Origin: Macrostomum hystrix
Lineage: Eukaryota > Animalia > Platyhelminthes
Reading direction: 5' to 3'
Length of the DNA stretch: 64,000 bases
NCBI GenBank assembly: GCA_950097015.1
Contig: CATNEN010000032.1
Coordinates: 496,001-560,000, forward strand
Positions 12,173 to 23,000 of the stretch are shown one piece after another. The notes beneath the pieces were generated by a model. That model searched no databases. It saw only the letters and a program-made list of their open reading frames with translations, and was not told where the DNA came from. Every line of letters begins with the position of its first letter. Within the stretch, counting starts at the first letter, position 1. Both the position numbers and the translations under genes were made by a program.

Positions 12173-12949
12173 ATGCTTAGGCCATTGTTTGTAGCCCGCA
12201 CGCTACCCCCGGCAGCTTTCCATCGATGCCGGCCCGTTGTTAATCATTCGACTGCGTTGCCAACGACAACAATCGGCTTTAGCCGTGCCTCCTCCGGCGA
12301 AGCAGCCGCCTGCCTGCTGCTTGGCGCTGCCGCCTGTTTGACCCCTCCTTGCGGAGTTGCTGCTCGACGCGATCTGACAATCTGGCTGGGCCATCTGTCC
12401 GGCGAGATCGTTTCCTTTGCCGACTGCATGTCGGCCCGCCGGCGTCACAATTTGTCGACCTACCAGGCCTGCCTGGCCACCTGCGAGCGGCATCGGGCCA
12501 GCCTGCAGAGCCAATTCTCCGATCGGCTGCGTTGGCATTTCGTTAAGCGATCGGCAGCAGTTTGCACTCTTGCCGGCCTAGTTGAACTGCTCATTCCGTC
12601 GACGCAATCAGCCATGCCGTTCGGCCTGGATCAGGCGTTGTTAGCCGTCTGCTGCGGAGCTATGACCTTCTGGTGCCTGCTGCGATTGGCTCTGCGGAGT
12701 CGCCTGTACGCTGCTCACCTGGTGTGTCCGTATCATCCCAGAGCGGCACTGGTGGCCGCTGTCGCATCATCGGCGCCCTTCTTTGCCGCCTCTGTTGCTA
12801 TTGGCGCCTCGTGTTTCGCGCCTACCGAATTGGCGCTGTTTGGCGCGGGCTTCCTGGCCGGTCAGACCGTTAAATCGGCCGTGCTGGACACCCAGTGGGC
12901 GAAACGGCGATGGCGACTGCCTGATTGGACGCAGTGTCGACAAATGTAG
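12173..12949 (+). CDS. Intronless 258-aa putative membrane protein, family not recognised
   Basis: GC-rich ATG ORF with codon style like neighbouring genes. Arg/Ser/Thr-rich N-terminus with no acidic residue in the first ~40 aa (presequence-like) and several hydrophobic segments. Confidence 0.65.
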   Translation: MLRPLFVARTLPPAAFHRCRPVVNHSTALPTTTIGFSRASSGEAAACLLLGAAACLTPPCGVAARRDLTIWLGHLSGEIVSFADCMSARRRHNLSTYQACLATCERHRASLQSQFSDRLRWHFVKRSAAVCTLAGLVELLIPSTQSAMPFGLDQALLAVCCGAMTFWCLLRLALRSRLYAAHLVCPYHPRAALVAAVASSAPFFAASVAIGASCFAPTELALFGAGFLAGQTVKSAVLDTQWAKRRWRLPDWTQCRQM

Positions 12950-12989
12950 TTTCCGTGTATTTTCGGACAAGTAGATACAAGAGGTTGTA

Positions 12990-13190
12990 GGGTTTGTACC
13001 CTTGTTGGTTAGACTGTCGGACTCGCGACTTCAAAGGTCGAAGGTTCCATTGCGACTCCACTGGAACAGTTTGTGTCCTTTAGCAAGACACTTAAGTTTG
13101 CTTGAGGTCACCCAGTTAAATGGGTTCCAGCATTTGCTGGTGTAATTGAAGGTTGTGACGCTTCTCCGGTCCGTGGACTGAACAGCCTTT
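12990..13190 (+). mobile_element. tRNA-derived SINE (type B)
   Basis: tRNA-like head, then ACTGGAAC...CCTTTAGCAAGACACTTAA...CACCCAGTTAAATGGGTTCCAGC...GTCCGTGGACTG; similar to 17135-17362 and 18170-18365. Confidence 0.7.
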
Positions 13191-13547
13191 AGATTTGTTT
13201 TTCAATGGCATGGGGCCATTTCTTCGTCATCTAAAAGGTTGACTTTATACCTTTATCACGACGTTCAAAGTTGATAAAAATTTCTAATTTTACTAGTATA
13301 CAAAGTATAATTTTAGGCTTCCAGTCTAAATGACGGTCAGGGTCAGATGCTGCATTTTTTGTCACATAGTAGCATAGTCTCTCACCTGTTTTTTGTTTCT
13401 TTTATCGCCATATCGCATCTTCATTGCTCCGTTGTGTTCTACGAATATATCGTTAACATGACTTTGAGAGTTCTCTTGGTGAATGCTTTGCACTTTATTT
13501 TTCAAGTTTAGTATTTTCATCATCACATAGGGATCAGGATGACACTT

Positions 13548-14189
13548 TTCACTCTGCCCCTACTGAGATTCACTCTGCCCCTACTGACATTCACTCTGCC
13601 CCTACTGACATTCACTCTGCCCCTACTGACATTCAATCTGCCACTACTGACATTCACTCTGCCCCTACTGACATTCACTCTGCCCCTACTGACATTCAAT
13701 CTGCCACTACTGACATTCACTCTGCCCCTACTGACATTCAATCTGCCCCTACTGACATTCACTCTGCCCCTACTGACATTCACTCTGCCCCTACTGACAT
13801 TCACTCTGCCCCTACTGACATTCACTCTGCCCCTACTGACATTCAATCTGCCACTACTGACATTCACTCTGCCCCTACTGACATTCAATCTGCCACTACT
13901 GACATTCACTCTGCCCCTACTGACATTCACTCTGCCCCTACTGACATTCACTCTGCCCCTACTGACATTCAATCTGCCACTACTGACATTCACTCTGCCC
14001 CTACTGACATTCACTCTGCCCCTACTGACATTCACTCTGCCCCTACTGACATTCACTCTGCCCCTACTGACATTCAATCTGCCACTACTGACATTCACTC
14101 TGCCCCTACTGACATTCAATCTGCCCCTACTGACATTCACTCTGCCCCTACTGACATTCACTCTGCCCCTACTGACATTCACTCTGCCC
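13548..14189. repeat. Minisatellite, 21-bp unit TTCA(C/A)TCTGCC(C/A)CTACTGACA, about 30 copies
   Basis: Direct tandem units between ORF258 and DPH3. Confidence 0.97.
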
Positions 14190-14394
14190 CTAAATACCTC
14201 AAATCTGCCTCCCTACCTTCGGCCCCACCTTCGACTTAGTTAATCTTGCATAGCTGATGTATATGATTGCCTGATAGCTCATACCTACCGCTTTCAGCTC
14301 TAAGCAACCAGATTCATCAGGCTCGCGTAAAGCGCGCAGCGCCTATAAATTGAATTGATTTAAACTACTGTTTTAAAAGAAGGCCCAGCCAAGA

Positions 14395-14649
14395 ATGTCT
14401 ATTTATCACGACGAGATTGAAATCGAAGACATGGAATGGTGCCAGGATGAGGCCAAGTTCTATTATCCCTGTCCCTGCGGTGACAGATTCGAGATCAGCC
14501 TAGAGGAGCTAGAGGGCGGCGAGGACGTGGCCAAGTGCCCCTCCTGCTCCCTGATTATCCGCATCATCTTTGACGAGAAGGACCTGTTTAAGCTGACCTC
14601 GGGCGCCAGTCAGACCACCGTAGGCAGCGCTGTTACAGCATGCGCCTGA
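14395..14649 (+). CDS. DPH3: Diphthamide biosynthesis protein 3 (CSL zinc finger, Kti11)
   Basis: [13 protein letters not shown]...[13 protein letters not shown]...[19 protein letters not shown] is the CSL-finger signature; intronless 84 aa. Confidence 0.97.
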   Translation: MSIYHDEIEIEDMEWCQDEAKFYYPCPCGDRFEISLEELEGGEDVAKCPSCSLIIRIIFDEKDLFKLTSGASQTTVGSAVTACA

Positions 14650-16431
14650 ATTGAGTAAAACTATCCGAACTGAAAACTGTGGCACGACTCGATGGGAATT
14701 CGACACGGCAATGTGCTTGTAGCTGAATAACATTTGATTAAAACAACTATCGAACTCTCATCATCCAAAAATGTTTGTATTTGTTAAATTATCGGGTTTT
14801 TTGTTTCACAGCTTGTTTAAATTCTTTTAATATTATGCACATTAAGTTGAGGAATATTCATAAAATAAATTTTTATCCCTTTACTAGAGGGTGCGTTTGT
14901 CCTTAAATCGAGTCAGTGCCTAAATATTTATGGATTGTGTCTACTACTTTCCAGATCCTGTTTTAGTCATTTCGAGTTTAATATGCCATGTGCTATTGCC
15001 TATTAGCAAGATTCCACAATAGCAAAACTTAAACTACTATACTGGTACGAAGTAAGTAGTATAATGAAATTTCACTTGATGTCAACAAAGTACAATTAGT
15101 GTCCCTAAAGTTGCCGGTATTTCTAACGTTTAGCTGTGTTGGCTTGCTCAGTACTCACGTGTGTGGATACTTAATAATGTTAATTATTATTTTAATAATT
15201 TATGAGCAGATGAAAAACCGTGCCCAACTGCGTAAGTGTTGCGAGTTGACACTATTGTTTATAAAACTAGGTCGTATATAAAAATACGTCCTAGTTTTTT
15301 GTTCGTTATAGTAGTGTATAAAATTGTTTACAAAAATATTCGGCTCAAACAACTAAAACGAAAATGATCAATCGTTAATTTCCCGCCCCTCAACGAAGTC
15401 ACGAGACTTAGCGAGTACGTCATAAATTGAGTACAAAGTTCTAGGTAACAAGTGCCGCGCAATAGCTATATAATATTGTTAATTATTTAAAATTATTTAA
15501 CTCACCTTAAACTCACGGGTAGCATATAACATATCTGAAGAAAGTAAACTCAGTAAAAAACTGTTTATTGTATTTATTGAAATGTGAAAAAATAATTATA
15601 CTCTAGTATGATCTGTTTGTTGCGTGCGTAGGAGTTTATTTAGTCAGTAGAACTGTACAATGCGTGTGGATAACTCATTCATGATCTGGACCGATAAGAT
15701 ACTTACGAAAAGCCATTCTGAAAAACTAGACTCGACGTAAAAGTGTCTGTTTAGTAACTTTAGACACGTGACCTAATTATATTTGGGCATCCGAGGGAGC
15801 TTAAGTTTAAATAAACCGTTTTCTAATTTCTGAATATATGGACATGTTTTTAGTAATACAATGCTCAAAAATTACTATTGACTACTTGTGGCACGCAGTA
15901 CACTATACGATTATAAGTAAAACAACAAAACACTTGGTATTGAAGACTGCGAAAATTGATTTAACAAAATATATATACACCGAAAACAATGCAAGGTTTT
16001 TCATTCTCTGGATAACCGAATATTGTAACTCTACTCTGTTATTTACACAAAAAAGAAAAATATTACGATTGTGAAAATATATACAACTAACTAGTAAAAC
16101 AAAACCTGCTAAAATGTACTTCCGACTAATTAACACGAAAGAATTAAGAGCAAGACTGGGCTCGAAAGAGAAAAAACTGAACACATTGAAGAGACTGAAG
16201 TGTGTGTAAAAAAGCAAAAAATAAACATCTCTGCTCAATACTCATTAACATCCGGTAGGAAAAATAGAACTATGCCGTTAGATCACGTCAACTTTTTGTT
16301 TGCATACTAGAACTTCAAGTCTGTTCTTGTTTAGAAATTTTTAAATTAGCTACATAATATGTGTCTACTCTAACGTTCAGATATTCTAAAACATTTGAGT
16401 TCAATAGTTGCAATATCAGAATCTTCTAATT

Positions 16432-16590
16432 CCATGCAATGGGATTTTGATGCTATAGAGTCACAGGAATGGGATTTTTATAGAATTAGAAAGATAAATA
16501 GGAATTTTAATTCCATAGACACTCAGCAATGGGAATTTTATTTTACCATAATAACGTAGAAACGGAGATTTTCATCCCATAGAATCCGAG
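16432..16590. repeat. Degenerate tandem repeat (AATGGGATTTT...ATAG) downstream of ZFYVE1
   Basis: Recurring AATGGGA(A/T)TTT and CCATAG pieces. Confidence 0.5.
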
Positions 16591-16677
16591 TGACTGAGTT
16601 TTAGATGGCCTATAAAGTGTGTTGAACAGTATATTGAATTACTCAGAGAAATGCTCAAAGTACTCTAATGGCCGTAC

Positions 16678-19600
16678 TCAGGCCTTCTGATAGCACTTGT
16701 TGCACACTCGAACATCAGTGTCCCAGCCGCGCGCAGGCACCGGCTGCCTCTTAGACGAGCAGGCGTCGCAGACGCCCAAGCCGCAGCGCCGGCAGTGGTG
16801 AATGCTGCGCCTGGAGTGAAACAGCTTCTCGCAGCCTGAGCAGTTAGTGATCTCCTCGTCTGGCTGCCAATAGGAGGGCCTGGCGAAGCCCTTGATAGCG
16901 CCGGCTGTGCTACTGTAGACGGAGCCGCAGGCGGAGGCCAGCAGCTCGCTGTACTGGCGCAGCCGGGTGTCGTTGGCGACGACGCTAGCCGGCGCCGAGC
17001 CGGAGGCCTTGAAGCAGGCCTCGCAAACCCGCACCTGTTGATGACAATTATTAAAAAGTAGCGATAGAATACACCAAAATAATTATTACAATTAAAACTA
17101 ACGCCTAAAGAAGTGGCCATGGAAAGCTAACAGTTATGAGGCTTGTAGTTTAGTGGCTAGTGTCAGAATCGAGACTTGAAGGTCAGGGGTTCGATTCGCG
17201 ACTTTACTGGAACAAGTTGTCTCCTTCAGCAAGACACTTAACTCTGCATCAGCTGGAGTAATTGAGGGTGGGTCCATGGACTGCCGTACGCAGCCTAGCA
17301 ATGGCTGTGACTGTGCTATCGTCTGCCCATCTGGCCCAATGCAATCAATCATTATTATACATTTATGAAAAATGAGACTCGTAATTAAAGACTAACAAAT
17401 ACTATTTTTGACCGTAACAAAAAAACCAAGTAACTGTAGAAGTAACGACTAGCGAACAAGTAACGTTCGAAGTAACGACAAAAAACAAGTAACGCTAAAA
17501 GTAACGACAAACAAACAAGTAACATTAGAAGTACGACTAAGAAACAAGTAACCTTAGAAGTAACGACAAAAAGCAATTAACGTTAAAAGTACCGAGTAAA
17601 AAAGTAACATTAGAAGTAACGACGAACAAATAAGTAACGTTAGAAGTAAAGACTAACAAACAAGTAACGCTAGAAGTAACGATCACCCAGTCGTGTTTTG
17701 AAAGTAAAGAAAAAGGCAAAAAATAACTTTGCGTAAAATAACCTTATCCGCGCCGTAGCCATTAACGTGAGCCTTGTAATCGCTGCACCGATGACAGAAT
17801 CCGTTGCCGCAGCTGCGGCAGTGATGCTTATCGGAGTCCGGCTGCTGAGCAAAGCTGATACCGCAGGCGTAACACTTGTCAATCTGGCTGTTTGGCACCC
17901 AGTTCGATGGCGCAATGCTGTCCGAGATGTATTCAGTTATTACCTGTAGTTTGAATGGGACAAAGGACACAATAGACCGGGTGGATAAAACAATAATTAC
18001 CATTTTAGTTAGTTTAGTTAACAACAAAATAATTTACTGTGGGCTTACAGCCAGAAAGCAGGCCATTCTGACCATTCCGCTCTCCCCCTTGAGCACACGC
18101 AAGCACATAGATACCGTACGCAGGCACAAGTTGGTACAGGTGTGGAATTCTGCTTTGACTTAATCATCGTCAGCATAATAATTATAATTGACTAGACCTG
18201 CCCCAATTTGGTCAGGTGTGCAGTCGATAGCACTGACGCAGCTATTGCGCGATGCATACGGCTGCGTACGCTTTTAGTCCAGTCCATGGACTGGAGGGAC
18301 GCCACACCCACTCTCAGTTACCCGAGCTGATGCTGGTACCCATTTAACAGCTGGGTGAACTGTAAGTCGTATGTCCGACGCGCTCTAACAATTGGGCTAC
18401 AACCCGCTTTAATCGTCAGACGGAGTACACTATTAATGTGCCTTGGGGGTTGGCCCTGATGAGCATGAATTGCTGATGCGAGAGTCACAACTTTACAACT
18501 CCGCCGCTTACCTGTGTAGGCAGAGCGGCACTGACGGAGCTGACAGCGAAGCCCACGCTGTCCAGGAGGCGCTGGGCGGCATTTAGCGAGCCCTGCGCCC
18601 CCGGCACAATATCAGCATCGTCCCAGACGTGGCGCACCTCGGAGCGCACCACCTTGGCCCGCTCCGGATCCTCGTTGCCGTACCAGTGCTGGCGGCTGCG
18701 GTGAATTACGCCGCAGTTCGGGCACTCGAGCACGTAGCCGGACCAGGCGTATCTGGCCAGGCCCAGCAGGCCGGACTCACCCCGGCCGCTGATCTATTCA
18801 GTTTAGAGACATGAGCTTGGTCATAATCAATCCACATGAGCTTGGTCATAATCAATCCACATGAGCTTGGTCATACTCAATCTACATGAGCTTGGTCATA
18901 ATCAATCCACATGAGCTTGGTCATAATCAATCCACATGAGCTTGGCCATACTCAATCCACATGAGCTTGGTCATACTCAATCTATATGAGCTTGGTCATA
19001 ATCAATCTACATGAGCTTGGTCATAATCAATCTATATGAGCTTGGTCATAATCAATCTACATGAGCTTGGTCATAATCAATCTATATGAGCTTGGTCATA
19101 ATCAATCTATATGAGCTTGGTCATAATCAATCTACATGAGCTTGGTCATAATCAATCTACATGAGCTTGGTCATAATCAATCTACATGAGCTTGGTCATA
19201 ATCAATCTACATGAGCTTGGTCATAATCAATCTATATGAGCTTGGTCATAATCAATCTATATGAGCTTGGTCATAATCAATCTACATGAGCTTGGTCATA
19301 ATCAATCTATATGAGCTTGGTCATAATCAATCTATATGAGCTTGGTCATAATCAATCTATATGAGCTTGGTCATAATCAATCTACATGAGCTTGGTCATA
19401 ATCAATCTAAATGATATTGGTCACAATCAATCTACTCGCCTGATAAGCCACATCGCTAAGCTTGCCCTGCATATAGCAGGCGTTGCACAGGTACACCTTA
19501 TTGTCGCGTTCCGCAACATAGCGACATTTCAGGTCCGGCAAAGCCTTGTGACCGCAGCCGCCAGCCGTTGGTCCGTGGTTCATGCTCAGCGTGCACCTGG

Positions 19601-22448
19601 CCTGACAACAGACGCACCTACTTGAGCAGGTAAAATACTCGTCCGGAAAGACGCTGCGCCTAATGTCGGAAATCTGACCCGAGAATTTCTCATTCAGGGC
19701 GCGCAGCATGTTGTAGATGACGCGAATCGGCCGGGCCGATCGAACGTCGTTAAATTTCAGTGCCCGATGCAGAGCCTTCCGCAGCGGCTCGAAGTTGGTC
19801 GGCTGGCCAGGTTGGCTTCGGGCGCCGATGTAGCGCAGCTCGGCGTACGACTGCCAGGGCGCCTGCAGGCGCTCGAAACGACTGCGCAAATCCTGCGAGG
19901 GAATTCACGGCTAATATAGCATTTCCTTCACAATAACTGCCTCAGGAATTCACGCTAATATAGCATTTCCTTCACAATAACTGCCTCAGGAATTCACGCT
20001 AATATAGCATTTCCTTCACAATAACTGCCTCAGGAATTCACGCTAATATAGCATTTCCTTCACAATAACTGCCTCAGGAATTCACGCTAATATAGCATTT
20101 CCTTCACAATAACTGCCTCAGGAATTCACGCTAATATAGCATTTCCTTCACAATAACTGCCTCAGGAATTCACGCTAATATAGCATTTCCTTCACAATAA
20201 CTACCTCAGGAATTCTCACAGAATGCATGCTCGATGGAAATCTCACTCTTGAGGATGGAAGCTCATTGGAAATCTCACTCTCTTGAGGATGGAAGCTCAT
20301 TGGAAATATCACTCTCTTGAGGATGGAAGCTCATTGGAAATATCACTCTCTTGAGGATGGAAGCTCATTGGAAATCTCACTCTCTTGAGGATGGAAGCTC
20401 ATTGGAAATCTCACTCTCTTGAGGATGGAAGCTCATTGGAAATCTCACTCTCTTGAGGATTGAAGCTCATTGGAAATCTCACTCTCTTGAGGATGGAAGC
20501 TCATTGGAAATCTCACTCTCTTGCGGATGGAAGCTGGTGGGAAATCTCACTCTCTCGAGGATGGAAGCTGGTTGGAAATATCACTCTCTTGAGGATGGAA
20601 GCTGGTGGGAAATCTCACTCTCTTGAGGATGAAAGCTCATTGGAAATCTCACTCTCTTGAGGATGAAAGCTCATTGGAAATATTACTCTCTTGAGGATGG
20701 AAGCTCATTGGAAATCTCACTCTCTTGAGGATGGAAGCTGGTGGGAAATCTCACTCTCTTGAGGATGGAAGCTGGTAGGAAATCTCACTCTCTTGAGGAT
20801 GGAAGCTGGTGGGAAATCTCACTCTCTTGAGGATGGAAGCTGGTAGGAAATCTCACTCTCTTGAGGATGGAAGCTGGTGGGAAATCTCACTCTCTCGAGG
20901 ATGGAAGCTCATTGAAAATCTCACTCTCTCGAGGATGGAAGCTCATTAAAAATCTCACTCTCTCGAGGATGGAAGCTCATTAAAAATCTCACTCTCTCAA
21001 AGAGTAAATGCTCAATGGAAATATTTCTCTCTTGAAAATGAAGCTTGACGGAAATCTCTTGCTTAGGATAAACTTATTTGACGTCTCACAACATTTCATA
21101 ATGCTTGAAGATGTATTCAAATTCTAATTTTAAGAACGGATGGATGGTTTCCAAATGAATATGGCCGAACCTGGTCGCCCCCAGCTAGGGTCTCAGTGTG
21201 ATGCGTCTCGTGAAACACAATAGCAACGGGGCCGAATCGGGACAGAGCGGCCAGGCCGGCGGCCTCCTCTTTGGGCACAGCCTTGGCCAATTCGTCTTTG
21301 AAATGGTCGGCATAGGAGCGACTGGCATCGCCAAGGAAGGCGAACATGTCATTCTGCAGCCGGTCAGCCTTGATGCGGTAGAGAATCACATCGCTGATGG
21401 CCAGGATCTGGGATAGGCGCGAAGTTTAGGTCGAGGATTATTGCGAATCAGAGGAAAACGCATATTGGGATAGAACAGTCAGGGTGTGAAGGCTTAAAAG
21501 ATTGATGACCAAATGGGAAAAATGAAAATACTGCCAGAGAACAAACTTTCTGAGAATATGCTCAAAGGATTTAAAGACTTAAGTCTGAAATTAAATAAGT
21601 GGATTCAAAGCTAATTGGGAAATGGGATCAGATTGTTAAAGGATAATTAGGAAATATGATCCGAGGATTGAAGGATAATTGGGAAATAGGATCCGAGGAC
21701 AGAAGGATAATTGGGAAATAGGATCAGAGGATAGAAGGATAATTGGGAAATGGGATCAGAGGATAGAAGGATTATTGGGAAATGGGATCAGAGGACAGAA
21801 GGATAATTGGGAAATAGGATCAGAGGATAGAAGGATAATTGGGAAATGGGATCAGAGGATAGAAGGATTATTGGGAATGGGATCAGAGGATGAAGGATAA
21901 TTTGGAAATGAGATCAGACGATTGAAGGATAATTTAGAAATGGGGTCAAAGGATTAAATAATATTCGGGAAATTGGGTCAAAGTATTGAATAATATTTGG
22001 GAAATGGGATCAGATAAATTGAAAAACAGGTAAGATGAACCTTGAGCAGTAATCGTGTGCGCTGGTTCTCATTGGACGTCTCTCCCTGAAGGCCTTCGGT
22101 ATCTAGCACCAGAGTGCGGGTCTGGTTGTCCAGAGCGGCCCAGACGCCAATTGTGCAGCTCTCCGGCTTAGCCGAGGTGGCAAATACAGGCCGGCCGTCG
22201 AAGAAGGCGTGATTCAACGTGTGCGATTTACCGTCGCCAGTCTTGCCAAAGATGGACAAGACCTTCACTGGCATATCCGGCCGGCAGTTCAGCTTCTGGC
22301 AGAGCTCCTCGGCTGAGCCGCACTGCAGCTCCTCGTCGCAGTTGATCAGCAGAGTACATTCAATGGCTGGATGCTCGGCAATGTCTTTGTCAACTTGCCG
22401 GGAATCCTCCAGACTGATGCTGTCCATGCCGCCATCCAAGTTATTCAT
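16678..22448 (-). CDS. ZFYVE1: Zinc finger FYVE domain protein 1 (DFCP1): P-loop NTPase domain plus two FYVE fingers
   Basis: Phase-0 exons 22448-22041, 21407-21171, 19892-19440, 18793-18512, 17943-17743, 17034-16678. Motifs VLSIFGKTGDGKSHTLNH, DTEGL, QRTRLLLKILAISD, FPDEYFTCSSRC, YAWSGYVLECPNCG, KHHCRSCGNGFC, IHHCRRCGLGVC, ARGWDTDVRVCNKC. Confidence 0.96.
17135..17362 (+). mobile_element. tRNA-derived SINE (type B) in ZFYVE1 intron 5
   Basis: A box TAGTTTAGTGG, B box GGTTCGATTCG, CCTTCAGCAAGACACTTAAC core, GTCCATGGACTG, ATT-rich tail. Confidence 0.75.
17385..17682. repeat. Degenerate ~29-bp minisatellite (TAGAAGTAACGAC...AAGTAAC)
   Basis: About 10 diverged copies in ZFYVE1 intron 5. Confidence 0.8.
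18170..18365 (-). mobile_element. SINE type B, 3' half, reverse orientation
   Basis: Reverse complement reads TTCACCCAGCTGTTAAATGGGTACCAGCATCAGC...CCAGTCCATGGACTG...GTGCTATCGACTGCACAC...GGTCTAGTC plus ATT tail. Confidence 0.75.
18811..19434. repeat. Intronic minisatellite, 25-bp unit ATGAGCTTGGTCATAATCAATCTA(C/T), about 25 copies
   Basis: Fills nearly the whole ZFYVE1 intron 18794-19439. Confidence 0.97.
19901..20215. repeat. Intronic minisatellite, 44-bp unit GAATTCACGCTAATATAGCATTTCCTTCACAATAACTGCCTCAG, about 7 near-perfect copies
   Basis: Direct tandem units abutting the acceptor at 19893. Confidence 0.96.
20232..21055. repeat. Intronic minisatellite, 34-bp unit GAGGATGGAAGCTCATTGGAAATCTCACTCTCTT, about 24 copies
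   Basis: Direct tandem units with variant runs (GCTGGTGG). Confidence 0.96.
21612..22020. repeat. Degenerate ~32-bp minisatellite (GAAGGATAATTGGGAAATGGGATCAGAGGA)
   Basis: About 12 diverged copies in ZFYVE1 intron 1. Confidence 0.85.
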
Positions 22449-22504
22449 GATGCTGAATTGAAAGCATTAAAGAAGAAGGTTTTGTCTACAGAAGCACTTG
22501 GAAG

Positions 22505-23000
22505 CTGAACATCTGACAGAATGGCTTATTAGCCCTGAACATCTGACAGAATGGCTTATTAACCCTGAACATCTGACAGAATGGCTTATTAGCCCTGAAC
22601 ATCTGACATAATGGCATATTAGCCCTGAACATCTGACAGAATGGCTTATTAGCCCTGAACATCTGACAGAATGACTTATTAGACCTGAACATCTGACACA
22701 ATGACTTATTAGCCCTGAACATCTGACACAATAGCTTATTAGCCCTGAACATCTGACAGAATGACTTATTAGCCCTGAACATCTGACAGAATGACTTATT
22801 AGCCCTGAACATCTGACAGAATGGCTTATTAGCCCTGAACATCTGACAGAATGACTTATTAGACCTGAACATCTGACACATTGACTTATTAGCCCTGAAC
22901 ATCTGACACAATAGCTTATTGGCCCTGAACATCTGACAGAATGACTTATTAGCCCTGAACATCTGACAGAACGGCATATTTGCCCTGAAAATCTGACAGG
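22505..23000. repeat. Minisatellite, 30-bp unit CCCTGAACATCTGACAGAATGGCTTATTAG, about 16 copies
   Basis: Direct tandem units just upstream of the ZFYVE1 ATG exon; internal 180-bp duplication. Confidence 0.96.

Noticed and set aside
10417-14649. Bacterial horizontal transfer of the intron-poor genes
   Set aside because: OXA1L and DPH3 are eukaryote-type and codon style matches the intron-containing neighbours.
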